Assembly (NCBI RefSeq): GCF_030144855.1
Contig: NW_026781490.1
Coordinates: forward strand, 124,001-188,000
Source: Hypanus sabinus
Lineage: Eukaryota
Length of the DNA: 64,000 nucleotides
Direction: 5' to 3'
Of this stretch, positions 23,071-36,852 are shown piece after piece (positions within the stretch are counted from its first letter, which is position 1; each line of letters starts with the position of its first letter). The notes below the pieces were generated by a model. That model was not told the origin of the DNA. It saw only the letters and a list, made by a program, of their open reading frames with translations, and ran no database searches. The position numbers were made by a program, and so were the translations under genes.

Positions 23071-25811
23071 CTTGTGGTTCTCCAAGGGGTGAAGGGGATC
23101 TGTCCGTGTGTGTGGGTAGAGGTTATCAGTGGAGCGTGGGAGTGGGGTTGTAAGCGTGTTGGGTTCTGTTGCGAGAAAGTGGGATGATTGGACATTCCGT
23201 GATAGAGGGAGGAGGGTACCAAGACAAACTAAGTTGTAAACGAGGGATGATCTGGTGAACTGGATCAGACAGCTTAGCTCGCGTGTCCTTTCAGGAAACA
23301 ACTCTCTCTTCATATTAATGACTGTCTAAGCTTGCTGTTCACAAGATTATGAGTTACAAGATTGTGTGTTACAGAGCCCCAGAGTCCAGGACAGCTGTCT
23401 CCGTCATGGGCTGCGAGTGCAGATTGGGAAGGGGGAGGGTGTGTCAGTGACACGGGTTTCTACATCCTCCTGTGAGGTATAAATGTCCTTACAGTGAATT
23501 CTGATATGCTGGCATATCGGGAGTCTGAAAGGGAAAGGGAATCAGTAAGGGGCTCAGGACAGAGTTTTAACAGAAGAACATGTTCAGGGGTAAAGGGGTA
23601 CAGGAGCTGTCTAATAGATCATTTTATTTATTTATTTTTTGTTTGTGTGAACTCACAGAAGGTGACTGAGGAAGAAGCTTGTTGAAGGAGGATACCCAGA
23701 GGCGAGCAGGTCAGGCACAGAATCAGGAATTGAATTGAATTGACTTTATTTCATACATTCATGAGGAGTATGTCTCCATCTAAATGTGCAAAGTGCAATC
23801 ATAGTAATTTATAAGAGTTTATAATAATTAAAACAGACAATGTAATATAGAGTACATTCAAGTCAGCGTCAGTTCATCAGTCTGATGGCCTGGTGAAAGA
23901 AGCTGTCCCAGAGCCTGTTGGTCCTGGCTTTTATGCTGTTATGATGGTAGCAGCTGGAATAGAGTGACAGAGATGTGATTTCCTATGTCACGGGTATAGA
24001 CAGTCGTCTCAAGTGAGGAGTTTGTGTGGAGATGCAGCTTCCCTGGAGGTGGAGGAAAGAGGACACACCAACAGGTGGAACCAGCTGTGGGAAGACATGG
24101 TTTGTCAGGTCTGACGATGAGCTGAATGTACCATAACCTTCAGACTGAATCAGAAAACCATTCCGAGGGTATTTGAAATGTCAGAAGCAGGGGAGATGTG
24201 ATCACATATGCAGAGAGCAGGGTTTGTGTCTACAGAACCTCAGTGAGATGGATCAAGTGCAGGGTTGAAAGCACAGTGTTTGATGCGGGATTTAATCACT
24301 GATTGTGACACTGTGAGAGGGTTAGTTTTGCTGTAAGGCAGCAACATTAATGGAAGACACAGGAACTTCATCAATTGCCAGTTATTTAGCAAAAGTGACC
24401 AATCTCAATGCGACCTTGACAGAAACAGATACTTCCAATGGTGACAAAGGGGTTCAGTATGGATTATTTTAGGTTGGAGAGGGGTGTGGAGTTTTGCAAT
24501 CAATGCCTTGCGGTGCCACCATCGTTAATTGAGCATGTCCGGAGTGGTGGATCAAACAGCACGGAAACAGGCCTTTGGTCGGCCATACCTGTTCTGACCA
24601 TCCACTCACTGTCTACACTGGTCCCATTTATCAGCACTTGGTTCACAGCCGACTGTATCTCGGCAGTTTCAATGCTCATCCTCTTCGTAAATGTTGTGAA
24701 GGGACCTGCCTCCACCACCACCTCGGGCAGTGAGTTCCAGATTTCAGCTACCCTCTGAGTGAGAAATCTCCTCCTCAGATCCCTCCGAACCACTTCATCC
24801 TCTGCTTAAATCCATGCCCTCTGATCGGTGACATCTCTGTCCCAGGATCGTGGCCGATATGGGCATCAGTGAGTTCTTTCATACGGTTCAGCATGGTAAG
24901 TTGCTGTCGAAAGTTAGATCACACGGGGTCCAGGGAGAGCTGGTTAACTGGATGCACAGTTGTCTTGATGGTAGGAAGCAGAGAGTGATGGTAGGAGGCT
25001 GTTTATTGGACTCGAGGCCCGAGCCCAATGAGGTTCCTCAGGGTTACACCCCATTGCTCTCATTATTCATTGATATTTAATTATATTTGGATTTGCATAG
25101 TTGGTTGAATTCTGTGCTCTACTTGATCTTTCATCGATCATGTTACTATTCTAAAGATTTGCTAAGTATTCTTGTAGGAAAAGATATCTCATGGTTTTAT
25201 GTGGTATCTGACTATATAAAAGTTATGTACTCTGATAATAAAATTTACTTTGAACATCAACCATTGCTACTTGTCATCTGGATCAGTAATCTGGTTAAGA
25301 ATATACAGGATATGGAGAGTAGGTTTGCAGCAAGTTAAAACGATTAATTTTTCTCAAAAAATATTAAGTATAAACACTCCGCTCTGTTTCCCTCTCCACA
25401 TTCAACCACCCCTCCCTTTACTGTCTTCCCTCTCTGCCCCGTCCACTCTCTCGTCCTGACATTTCACATAAGTTCCGTGTGAAAGTGAATTATTTTCAGG
25501 GAATCTGAAGGGGAATTCTTCACTTTGGTGAAGAGGTTGGTGAGAGTATGGAATGAGCTGCCAGTGGAAGTGGAGGATGTGGGTTTGATTTAGACACTAA
25601 AGAGGGATTTGGGTGAGGACATGGGTGGGAGGTGTATGGAGGCTCTGATGCAGGTAGCTGGAAATGGGCAGTAACAACAAAAACAGGTCAGCATTGACTA
25701 GAAGGGCTGATAGGCCTGTTTCATTGCTGCTTGGCTCTGTGATTCTAATAATATTGTGGTTTGTAATTTCCACAGTTAGTACATTGCTACTAATGTCCGA
25801 ACCCAGAAATT

Positions 25812-26090
25812 TGCCCAAACAAGAATTGAAAGACTCTTGGCTGGCTAAAAAAAGTGTCTGCAAGCTGTGATACTTGCCAAAGGGGGTGCTACTGAAAATG
25901 TAGGGCGCCCAAACATTTGCTTCTGGCCCTTTTCCTTTTTTTGTTATTTTGAAACTGTAATAGATTGAAATAAAAATGTAATCTTGCTTAAATATTAAAG
26001 AAATGTGTCATCTCTAACTTTATGCCTTTTGGAAATCAGGTTGTCTTTTACTCGCTGATCTATTCACATTAGCAGAACTTTTGACAGGGG
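25812..26090 (+). mobile_element. Tc1 3' fragment (transposase end and part of the inverted repeat)
   Basis: Reverse-complement similarity to about 62130-62420. Confidence 0.75.
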
Positions 26091-26159
26091 ATCAAAAGCA
26101 AGGAAAATCATTGGGAAAATCAGATCGCTACTGGAAGAGTGGATTGGGAAAATCAGTTC

Positions 26160-26872
26160 TGCACTGGATCTCAAGAGAGAGAATTTCTAGAATGTCTATG
26201 AGATGGCTTTTTAGAACAGCTTGTTGTTGAGCCCACTAGGGGATCGCTGTACTGGATTGGGTATTGTGTGATGAAACAGAGGTAATTAGAGAGATGGAAG
26301 TGAAGGAACCCTTAGTGATGACAACATGATTGAGTACACTGTGAAATTTGAGAAAGAGAAGCCAAAATCAGATGTGTCAGTATTTCAGTGGAGTAAAGGA
26401 AATTACAGTAGCATGAGAGAGGAACTGGCCAAGGTTGACTGGAAAGGGACACTAGCAGGGAGGACGGCAGAGCAGCAGTGGCTGGAGTTTATGCGAGAAG
26501 TGAGGAAAGTGCAAGACAGATATATTCCAAAGAAAACTAAGTTTTCGAATGGATAAAGTATGTAACCGTGGCTGACAAGAGAAGTCAAAGCCAAAGTAAA
26601 AGCAAAGCAGAGGGCATACAAGGAAGCAAAACTTAGTGTGAAGACAGAGGATTGGGAAGTTTTTTTTAAAAACTTACGAAAGAAAAGTAAGGTCATTAAT
26701 AGAGAAAAGAAGAACTATGAAAGAAAGATAGCAAATAATATCAAAAAGGATACTAAAATCTTTTTCAAGTATATAAGGAGTAAAAAAACAGGTGAGGTAG
26801 ATATAGGACTGAAAGAAAATGATGTTGGAGAAATTGTAAATGGAGATAAGGATATGGCGGAGGAACTGAACT
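26160..26872 (+). mobile_element. CR1 ORF2 endonuclease-RT linker fragment
   Basis: MREELAKVDW...IPKK...FFKYIRSKK...MAEELN. Confidence 0.85.
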
Positions 26873-26879
26873 GACTCCA

Positions 26880-27515
26880 TGTGTGTATATGCAATTATGA
26901 TAAGAAATACAGACCATAAAACTTAAATGACAAGCTGGCTCAGAAAAATAAATCATCACTCTGGATGAAAACATTAACCAGTGAAATGTGTATGACCCTC
27001 CATGGGAGACATCCCAATGATCTGAGCAGACGAGATGGTGACAAGGAAGCATCGAGCACCTGACTGAGAGTTGGAGACTTCTTCCCAGAAACAGAGGAGT
27101 TCCTTGCGGAAATACAGGACGAGGTGGGTAACAAAAGTAAAACAAATCGAAACTTCATGAAATACAAACAAACAAGGCAGTAAGTGCAGAAAAGGCCAAG
27201 AGAAACCAGACACAGTCCAACACATTCTAGGATCCTGCAGCAGTTTAACTCAATCTGATTACTTACGCAGGTACAATCAAGTGGCAAATATCTTTCACCA
27301 AAATCTTGCTTTAAAATACAAACTCATGAATGCCCTCCATCACCTCATGAAAACACCATAAATTCAAGCCTGATCCAGTTTTAGAGCCAAAATATTGCAA
27401 ATTATATGATCATCAATACATTATTTCAGATAGGTCAATCCATCTGGTTATAATATTACAGGATAAACAAGCAGGAACAACTCCCCCAATAGATAAAACC
27501 ATTCCTAACACACAT
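26880..27515 (+). mobile_element. R4/Dong-clade non-LTR retrotransposon C-terminal fragment (restriction-like endonuclease type)
   Basis: Manual translation: HGRHP...ASST*LRVGDFFPETEEFLAEIQDEV...KCRKGQEKPDTVQHILGSC...YLRRYNQVANIFHQNLALKY (degenerate CCHC and RHNxV motifs). Confidence 0.75.
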
Positions 27516-28399
27516 GTTCCTCAGCCAGTGGAACACCTCACCACAGGTAGTGTTTGTGTCATCAGTCAGATAACCTAATTACTTTCTCTGTCAATCTGCT
27601 TCCAAATGTCATTCGTTGACATGCCCTGTTGCTGAATCCCCTCTCCTCATCATACGTTCTCACCCCGAACATCGTCCAGGGCCCCAAATTCTGCTCTGTG
27701 CAGACCTCCCTCTGGTTTCTGACCCAGCTTCATTGAAAATCCAATTGATGACTTCCCACTCTGCTTTCAGTCTTTAGAGGACAGTGGTGTTCGCTAACAA
27801 CATTTTAGAAGTGGGGAAAGTGACCCATAATGTGGACATGAGTCGTGATTAAGGAGGTTAACTCCCAATGTCATTCTTCCTCAGCCCAGAGATTAGAGGG
27901 GCAAAGAACATCTCAGACAGAACTGCAGTCAGCTCGACTTCTTCAGTCTGCAAGAAATTCAAGGGAAACATATTCACCCACAGAGTGATGACTGTTTGGA
28001 CCTCATCCCAGGGAGAGTGAGAGGTGAACAACAGGGGAGGATTTGAAAGATCTGTTGTGGAACAGAATCACTGGCAGGGTTCAGCCAGCCTGAGTTGACT
28101 CTCTACTGTACACTAGGTGTGTTATAAATTCACTAAGTAACAGAGACAGTGCTTAAGATAGAACTGATTCATTTGTCACAGATCTAGTCCCATTAAAGGT
28201 GAATATGCAGCAGAAGAAACTCCTCCCATGCCCAGTGACCAGGGTGCAGAACTGGGTGTGGTGAGCAGCAGCAATAATTGCAGAGTTCAACACTTACAAT
28301 CACTCTCAAAATAGCATTCAGCAATGGTGATGGACAAATATCCAGCATGAAGCTTATTGAAACTTTCTCCCCTGTGTGAATCCGGTAGTGTGTTGTAAG

Positions 28400-28814
28400 T
28401 GTAACACACTGTAAGGTTTCACTGCTAATGTAATGACCTCTCTGTAATGTTTCACTGCTGAGGTAGTGGTTTCTCTGCAGCAGCAATGTTTAGGATACAA
28501 CTAGAGATAACAGGGTTTTGTAGTGCTGGGCTATCCAATGACAGAAATGTTCTTTCTTGTGAGTCTGAATGAGAGAATTTCATGGGCTTTTGTTGTGGAG
28601 AGATGAGAAGCCACAAATGGGGAGAGTGGGCCCTTTTTTTTACTTTACTAACCATATAGTCAAAGTAAGAATTATGAATCACATCTTGTGTACTGTTTGT
28701 TATTTTGGGGTATTGATTTGTAACAGGGGACGCGGCGCAGCATCCACACACATTTGGCCGAGCTAGGGGGCTATCACCCCCTATATTAAGCTGCTAGCCG
28801 GAGTGAGAGTTACA
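28400..28814. mobile_element. Solo LTR in the ZNF-B 3' UTR
   Basis: TGTAAC...GTTACA with perfect TAAG TSD (28396-99 and 28815-18); empty paralogous site near 4100-4125. Confidence 0.9.
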
Positions 28815-28848
28815 TAAGGTTAGATGACTGAGTGAATACATTCCCACA

Positions 28849-30411
28849 TTAACAGGAGGTTAACGGCCTCTCTCCAGTGTGAACTAACTGGTGTGTCAGT
28901 AGGCGAGATGACCGAGTGAATCCCTTCCCACAGTCTGAGCAGGTGAATGGCCTCTCACCTGTGTGAATTCGCTCATGTACCTTCAATTGAGATGATTGAG
29001 TGAATCCCTTCCCACAGAATATGCAGGTGAACGGCCTCTTCCCAGTGTGAACTGACTGGTGTGCTTGTAGGCCAGCTAACTGTGTGAATCCCTTCCCACA
29101 GTCTGAGCAGGTGAATGGCCTCTCCCCAGTGTGTACTCGCTGATGTACCTTCAATTGAGATGACCGAGTGAATCCCTTCCCACAGTCTGAGCAGTTGAAT
29201 GGCCTCTCCCCAGTGTGAACTAAGTGGTGTGCTTGTAGAGTAGCTAACTGAGTGAATCCCTTCCCACAGTCTGAGCAAGTGAACGGCCTCTCCCCAGTGT
29301 GAACTCGCTGATGGACTTTCAGTTGAGATGACGAAGTGAATCCCTTCCCACAGTCCAAGCAGGTGAATGGCCTCTCCCCAGTGTGAACTCGCTGATGTAC
29401 CTTCAGTTGAGATGACCGAGTGAATCCCTTCCCACAGTCTGAGCAGGTGAATGGCCACTCTCCAGTGTGAACTGACTGGTGTGTCAGTAGGCAAGATGAT
29501 AGAGTGAATCCCTTCCCACAGACTGAGCAGGTGAATGGCCTCTCGCCAGTGTGAACTGAATGGTGTGCTTGCAGGCTAGATAACTGTGTGAATCCCTTAC
29601 CACAGTCTGAGCAGTTGAACGGCCTCTCGCCAGTGTGAACTGACTGGTGTGCTTGCAGGCCAGATAACTGTGTGAATCCCTTCCCACAGTCTGAGCAGGT
29701 GAACGGCCTCTCCCCAGTGTGAACTCGCTGATGTACCTTCAGTTGAGATGACAAAGTGAAACCCTTCCCACAGTTTGAGCAGGTGAATGGCCTCTCTCCA
29801 GAGTGAACTGACTGATGTACCTTCAGTTGAGATGACCGAATGAACCCCTTCCCACATTCTAAGCAGTTGAACGGCCACTCTCCAGTGTGAACTGACTGGT
29901 GTGCTTGTAGGTTAGCTAACTGTGTGAATCCCTTCCCACAGTCTGAGCAGGTGAATGGCCTCTCCCCAGTGTGAACTAGCTGATGTACTTTCAGTTTAGA
30001 TGATGAATTGAATCCCTTCCCACAGTCTAAGCAAGAGAACGGCCTCTCCCCAGTGTGAACTGACTGGTGTGCTTGTAGGTTAGCTAACTGTGTGAATCCC
30101 TTTCCACAGTCTGAGCAGTTGAACGGCCTCTCCCCAGTGTGAACTCGCTGATGTACCTTCAGTTGAGATGACGAAGTGAATCCCTTCCCACAGTCTGAGC
30201 AGGTGAACGGCCTCTCCCCAGTGTGAACAGACTGGTGTGCTTGTAGGCCAGCTAATTGTGTGAATCCCTTCCCACAGTCTGAGCAGGTGAATGGCCTCTC
30301 TCCAGTGTGAATTCGCTGATGTATCTTCAGTTGGGATGAGTAGGTGAATCCCTTCCCACATTCCGAGCAGGTGAACGGCCTCTCCTCAGTGTGAACTCGC
30401 TGGTGATCCAT
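28849..30411 (-). CDS. ZNF-B: tandem C2H2 zinc-finger protein, 520 aa, 18 fingers
   Basis: 18 uninterrupted 28-aa finger units; exon acceptor TTTTTACAG at 30814-30815. Confidence 0.92.
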   Translation of the reverse strand: MDHQRVHTEERPFTCSECGKGFTYSSQLKIHQRIHTGERPFTCSDCGKGFTQLAGLQAHQSVHTGERPFTCSDCGKGFTSSSQLKVHQRVHTGERPFNCSDCGKGFTQLANLQAHQSVHTGERPFSCLDCGKGFNSSSKLKVHQLVHTGERPFTCSDCGKGFTQLANLQAHQSVHTGEWPFNCLECGKGFIRSSQLKVHQSVHSGERPFTCSNCGKGFTLSSQLKVHQRVHTGERPFTCSDCGKGFTQLSGLQAHQSVHTGERPFNCSDCGKGFTQLSSLQAHHSVHTGERPFTCSVCGKGFTLSSCLLTHQSVHTGEWPFTCSDCGKGFTRSSQLKVHQRVHTGERPFTCLDCGKGFTSSSQLKVHQRVHTGERPFTCSDCGKGFTQLATLQAHHLVHTGERPFNCSDCGKGFTRSSQLKVHQRVHTGERPFTCSDCGKGFTQLAGLQAHQSVHTGKRPFTCIFCGKGFTQSSQLKVHERIHTGERPFTCSDCGKGFTRSSRLLTHQLVHTGERPLTSC

Positions 30412-30529
30412 GAAGTCAGATGACCGAGTGAATCCTTCCCCACAAATTCAGCAGATGACCAGCCTCTGCCCAGTGTGAACTGACTGGTGTGTCCACAGGT
30501 GGGAAGACGACTGAATCCCTTCTCACTCA

Positions 30530-30664
<135 letters not shown>

Positions 30665-33600
30665 TCAGATGACCAAGTGAATCCCTCCCCACAGCCTGAG
30701 CAGGAAGGATGATCGAGTGAATCCCTTGCTCCACTTCTTAAATATCTGGACAGAGACAGCAAAATTGGCATGTTGTGTTCGAAATTCCCGTAGATAAATT
30801 CCTTGTTTTTAGCCTGTAAAAAGATTTACAAAATCCATCAATGTGTGTGGGGCAACTTTTCATATGAGATCACTTGAGTTGTCACGGTGTGATCTGGCAA
30901 CACACTCTTACAGTGAAGTTCAACCCAAGTTGGAGAGAGAAATCATCTTCTAACTGGGCACAGTGCTGGTACCTGGAATGACCATCAAACTCTCTGATGC
31001 TCTTCCTGTCTCTTTAAGAATGGGGCATCTCTCCCATCTCCAATCTGTGACCCGGCTCAGTTTGACTCTCGCCATTGGTATTGCTCCCTCTTCCCACTGA
31101 GCAGCATGGGCTCCTGGCCCCACTGTAACTGAAATACTCTCACACAAATAGCCTGCAGTGCATTCCACGCACCCACCACTCTCTGGGTAAAAATCTTACC
31201 CCTGACATCCTCTCGGTATCTATTTCTAAGCACCATAAAACTATGCCCCTTCGTGTTAGCCATTTCAGCCCTGGGAATAAACCTCTGCCTATCCACACGA
31301 TCAATGCCCCTCATCATCCTCTACACGTAAAAAAGGCTCTAAACATAAACAAGGAAATTACACATAGCTTTGGGAAATTGTCAGAAGTATACAAGATTAT
31401 GAGGTTATAGGGTAAATGCAAGCAGCTTTTTCCACTGAGCTTGGGTGGGATGGCAACCAGAGGTCATGGGTAAGTGGGGAAGGTGAAAATTTAATGGGAA
31501 CATATGGAAAAGCTCTTTACTGAAATGGTCGTGAGAGTGTGCAATGACATGTCAGCACATGTGGTGAATACGAGCTCGGTTTCACCATTTCAAAGAGGTT
31601 TTGATGGAAGCCTGGATGGTAGGTGTATGGAGGGCGATGGTCTCGGTGCAGTTAGTTGCAATAGACAGCTTAAATGTTTTTTTGGCATTGACTAGATGGG
31701 CCAAATGGCCTGTTTCCATTTTGAACGTCTCCATTATTCTATGACAGAGAAGCTGGACAAACTTGTTTGGAAGGGAAAAGGTTGGAGTGACAACGGAGCA
31801 GCAATAGCTGGAATTTCTGGGAGCAATTCAGGAGCTGAGTGATCGACATATCCCAAGGAAGTGAAAGCATTGGAAACCAGGAGGACACAACCATAGTTGA
31901 ATTGAGAAGCTAAAGCCAACATAAAAGCCAAAGAGAGGGCAAACAAAAGAGCAAAATCTATTGGGAAGCGAGAAACCAACAGAAGACAATGAAAATGTTC
32001 AGATGAGCTCAGGGCATGGATGATGATTAATGAGTCTTGGTTGCACCCAAAAGTCTGAGGCATTTAAAGGAACGAAATATCCGGGGCTTCAATATAACCA
32101 GAAAGCCAAGATTCCCTGCACCAGTTACGTTTCAACTGTTACACAGTTAGGCACATAAAGTCTCTACACCCTCAAAATTTCACTTCTGAAGGCCTCCCAC
32201 TTACAAAGTACTCCTTTGTCAGAAAACAGCATGTCCCAATCCACACTTGTCAGATCCTTTCTGATACCATCAAAATTGACCTCTCTCCAATTTAGAATCT
32301 CAACCCATGGTCCAGACCTCTCTTTTTTCATCTTTATTTTGAATTTCATGGCATTATGAACACTAATTTCTGTCACCAGCCCTGGTCATTGCCTTACAGC
32401 TTATTGCACACTTCTACATCAGGAATTTTACGTACCAATTAAGGGCACATTTGACAAACTCTACCTCATCTAGTCCTTTTACAGTATGGGAGTCCCAGTC
32501 AATATATGGAAAGTTAAAATCGCTTACAATCTCAACCTTTGTTTCTTGGCATGGTCTGTGACCGCTCTGCAAATTTGTTCCTCTAAATCCCTCAGACTGT
32601 TGGGTGCAACCAAGCCCCTATAATGGCCACAATATCATAATTCCCTGTCCTGAGCTCATCTGGCTTTCCTACGAGGCTTCTTGCATTGTGATATACACAG
32701 CTCAGCATATTCATCGCACCATGCTGAACCATTTGATTGCTGACTCTGTCTGAGGTCTGAACAATATCTGACTGGTATCAAGAAAACAAACTCTCCCTCA
32801 TTATCACAAAAACAAAGGAGCTGATTGTGGAGGACAGGAGGAGTGGAGACACAGATAAGGGCATCACCCTGGGACTAGTGAACAACCGACAGCTTCCCCA
32901 GTTTCTGAATCCCCAGTGGTGGGCACTTAATCTGGACTCCACCGCGTTTGAACCCCTTCCGTCAGCGGCCGACCCTCATGTGATTCTGTGCTATGACACT
33001 ACGGGGTGCTCATTGAGGAAAGCCAATATTATGCACCCCTCGAGCGAGGGAAGTTCCCAGTCATGGTGATTGGACAGGATTAAGGAAAAGAGGGCAGCAC
33101 ATCACTGGCCGAAGTTCCGGATTTCCTTTTGTGACAGACAGGACTGGTGGCTCCCCGTACCATCGTTAGGGTTTGCCCTGGGTTCAAGTCAAAGAGCCTA
33201 GAGTTCATTGCCTTCACCCTGAGGAAACAAGCCTCCAGCACCAAGAGAGACTGGCAAGACTTGGCCGTGGGCCAACTCCGATACTGGAAGGACATTGAGG
33301 TGAAGACGGGACATCTGGTAAGACTCTCTTTTAAAATTGACTGAACCCAAGACATTGCACACAATCTCTGCTCAATTTCAGGCAATGAAGTTGACTGCAC
33401 CAACTGCCCCCGGTCTGGATCACCGTGAAAGAAGGACAGACTCTCCCATCCCTTCCTCAAAACCCCCTCTAGCCTGAGGTAACGTTCCTTGAGGATGGAA
33501 GCTCTTTTGTGGATCCATCAGGAAAATGATATTCTGACTATACAATAGTGACATACAGTGAAGTAATTGAGAAGGCCTCTTTTGAAGCAGCTGTCTCTGC

Positions 33601-34178
33601 CCAGAAGGCTGAGCTGTTTGCTCTGATTCGTGCCTGTATCCCAGCAACAGACTAAAGTGGGAACGTTTACACAGACTCCCGTTATGCATTTGGAATTGTA
33701 CGTGACTATGGGGCTCTCTGGGAACATGGGGATTCCTGTCTTCCTCTGGCCACCCCATTAGTAATGTCACCTTTGTAAACAACTTACTCACCGCTCTACA
33801 GCTACCTCGAGCTTTGGCTGTTATTTAATGAGCGACCCACACCCACATGTTGACTGAGTCACTAAATGCAATGCTTTAGCAGATGAGACAGCGAAAAGTG
33901 TGGCACAATCCTAGTAGTTGTAGTCTCCTCGGGTTCCCATCAGGCAACCCTCTGTGACATAAGCAGAACAGGTTAGCCAGACATGTGGGAGGTACATACT
34001 TTTCATGGGGACATCTCTGAGCAGCAGCGCAAATTGTGGTCCCAGATGGGGTGCTAGAAAGAACCCAACCTAGCTATTTGTATTACTCCAGCGGGACAGG
34101 TTTGTGTTCCTACACAGTTTTTACCAATATTGGTCGATCATATACATGATTTGACACACCCGGGAAAGGGGGGAATGG

Positions 34179-34990
34179 TTGGTAACCTGTACCCTGCACA
34201 CTGGGTACGAGTCCCTTGCCAGGTGTCTACAAGTTGATTTTATTGAATTGCCTAGAGTACATTGCTATAGATACTGCTTAGATATTATAGATGTGTTTAG
34301 TAGATGCATTGAAGCTATTCCAACTACCAATAATACTACTATGTCTGTTGTGAAGTTATTATTATGGGAAATAATTCCCAAGTATGGCCTGCCAGAGATG
34401 CTGAGCTCTCACAATGGCCCACACTTTGTGGTGAAAGTATACGAAGGGGTACCAAACGAACTAGATATCAAGCAACAATTCCACGGTGTACACCACCCAC
34501 GGGCCGCTGGCAGAGTGGAAAGAGCCAATGGCACTCTGAAGAGTAAACTGGCCAGACTAACAGCGGAGACTGGACTCACTTGGTTGAAGGTCCTACCATT
34601 AGCCTGATTCCACATGAGGGTTACCCCACAGGGGAAAACAGGGTTGTCACCAGCTGAAATCATTTCCAGATGGCCCATGAAGACACCCTGGGAACTAAGG
34701 CCTTGTGTACCATTGCTCCCAGAAAGTCTACCAGCAAAATTGGATATGCATATCTGAAGGGAAGAGATTGGGAAATATGTATGCCAACTAACCAAAATTT
34801 TCCAAGAATTACATTCACAGGTATGACAGGCTTACAAGGAAGAGAACTACCCCACAGAGAGGAGTGACTATCCCACCATAGAACCTGGGAATTTTGTCCT
34901 AATCAAGAACTGTGATTGAGGAAAACTCTGACCTCAGTGGACAGGACCATATCAGGTGCTACTGACCACTCCCACGGCTGTGAAACCGAA
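34179..34990 (+). pseudogene. pol: ERV integrase remnant
   Basis: ORF 34179-34607 has an rve-like core; GPY/F module near 34940. Confidence 0.9.
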
Positions 34991-35076
34991 GGGGCAATCT
35001 CGATGGATACATTGAACATACTGAAAATGTGTTACAGAAGGAACTGAGGAGAAGGGCTCTCTCGGACTTAAGGAAA

Positions 35077-35900
35077 ATGTATTCGTTGATAGTGGTCTTT
35101 GTGTTTTGCCTTATTGCTCAAACAATATCCGTGGCCCCATGTCAACACCTTTCTGTCTCTCTGTCACACCTCTGCCAAACAGGTAGAACTAGGGGCCTGC
35201 TGGGTTTGTGCTGCAATTCCACAGCATGGTAAAACTATGGTTCCAATGTCAGTAATTCCGCTCAACCAGAGTGAGGAACTCTAAGCCTGGGATTTCTCAA
35301 ATAACACCCGGGGAAGTGAGGTGAGGAACTGCGGTCCAGTCAGAGATGACAGTGGCTGTCAGTGTTTTGAGGGATGGTATCTCAAGTTCCCATCAAATGG
35401 AATTTCCTACACTGGGAAACATGAATCCTGGTCTTAGTTGCAGCTGCCCAGCAGCAGAGAGGAATAACAGATTGAGTGCTTTTGGATGATCGCTTTTCTC
35501 GCCTATGGAGTAGCCAGGAATTCACGAGAGACAATCAATTTACCTACAGCACTTGAGGAGCTGGCCACAACACTGCAGGGGCCCTGACAGAAACACAGTC
35601 CCAAGTAACAGAAATATCTACTGAAATGATTGCAATCTGGCAAACAGTCCTACAAAATTGTAGACTTTATCCCAGCTGAGAAAGGGGGCACCTGTGCTAT
35701 TATTGACACAGAATGCTGCACCTATATCCCTGATGAATCTACTAACATTACATCCCTCTCCAAGCACACTGCCAAGGTGATTGATAGCTACTAGATAGAA
35801 AGCAGGGCATGATTTACATCGGTTCACTGAAGGATCGAAGTGGTGGTCTTTGAAGGTATGTTCAGTAATACATGTAACAGGATATTGCATTATGACCTAA
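35077..35900 (+). pseudogene. env: ERV env remnant
   Basis: Signal peptide MYSLIVVFVFCLIAQ, GACWVC, KGGTCAIIDTECC. Confidence 0.88.
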
Positions 35901-36035
35901 TAGTTGTCCATATCAATGTTATAAATACTGTTGTACACTGTTTTTTTTCCCACTGATAAGTCAAAGTTGTACTCATTTGCTTTCCCTGCAAAAAATTACT
36001 GCTTTGTTGATCATGTAATGATCAAAAAGAGGGAA

Positions 36036-36351
36036 TGATAAAATGCATAAAAGGGTTAACACTTTGTTAAAAAATAGCAGCCTGTTTTTCTGAAAGAAAC
36101 TGCTGATAATCAACAGATGTGCTAAGCCATGCTGAGCCATATTTCTTCTTGAGGGTAGCTAGCTAGGGTTTCAGGATGCTTATCTCCTTGCACATTCACA
36201 TCTAGAGATAGTACAGCTTCAGTCTGTTCTGTGTGTGTGTAAGCCATTATGACTGTTTTGTACTCTGTCTTTAGGGGCTCCAGCTTGTCAAGTAGTAAAT
36301 AACTTTGGCTCCAGCATGTCTTGTGTGGAGGGTATCTGGACGGATATATCA
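36036..36351 (+). mobile_element. ERV-A 3' LTR
   Basis: TGATA...TATCA inverted termini immediately after the PPT. Confidence 0.8.
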
Positions 36352-36684
36352 GTGGTGTAAGGGGAATTGTTAGTCAGTTAGTGGATTGGGCGGGAACAGT
36401 CATCAACTGTTCCTGTTTGAGCGACTAACTGAGTAAGCCCGATGCTTGGAATAAAGAGTTTGTACTTATGCAGTCTCTCAGTGACTTTATCCAGATTCGA
36501 CTTCCACATAATGGGAGTGGTTTCAAAGGGTTGCTGGATGCACATTACCAGACCTGGAGTGATTGCAACTGGGTCTGACGGAGGCATAACTGGTACTTCT
36601 GGACATGTTCAGTCTCACTCCAGCTATTTGCTACCTTCCACTGTACAGGTATGAAATGTCTAAAGAACAGGAAGTAAGACTCAC

Positions 36685-36852
36685 CAAAATTTCTCCTGAC
36701 TGAATCACTGGAATCTCCGAGTCAGTTGGGTTCTCTCTGATTGATGCTCCCAGTCCTCGGGTTGGTTCACTTGTTGCTGCTCCCTCGTCATCAGTCGTGG
36801 TTTTCCTCCAGTTGGGGTTTTTCTTCCAATAAATCTCTCACTGCAGGTCTAA
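36685..36852 (-). other. Putative non-coding exon 2 of ZNF-B
   Basis: Paralog of 15692-15868 with conserved donor TTG/GTGAGT. Confidence 0.5.

Larger units (their letters stand above)
32858..36351 (+). mobile_element. ERV-A remnant (gamma/epsilon-like): possible gag, RNase H, integrase, env, PPT and 3' LTR; antisense in the ZNF-B intron
   Basis: RNase H DGSS...SAQKAEL...YTDSRYAFG (about 33490-33770); integrase LQVDFIELP...VERANGTLK; WTGPYQVLLTTPTAVK; env CWVC and CX6CC; PPT AAAAAGAGGGAA; no RT seen. Confidence 0.9.

Noticed and set aside
21136-23313. 209-aa and 195-aa ORFs in GC-rich DNA (similar cases at 55612-56511)
   Set aside because: They have low-complexity Pro/Arg/Gly composition, cross TE boundaries and are not preserved in paralogous blocks.
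28973-30361. Alternative-frame ORFs over the finger arrays ([16 protein letters not shown] and GRDSLSHL repeats; also 4436-5140 and 50053-50757)
   Set aside because: These are shadow frames of the 84-bp finger repeat with no independent coding evidence.
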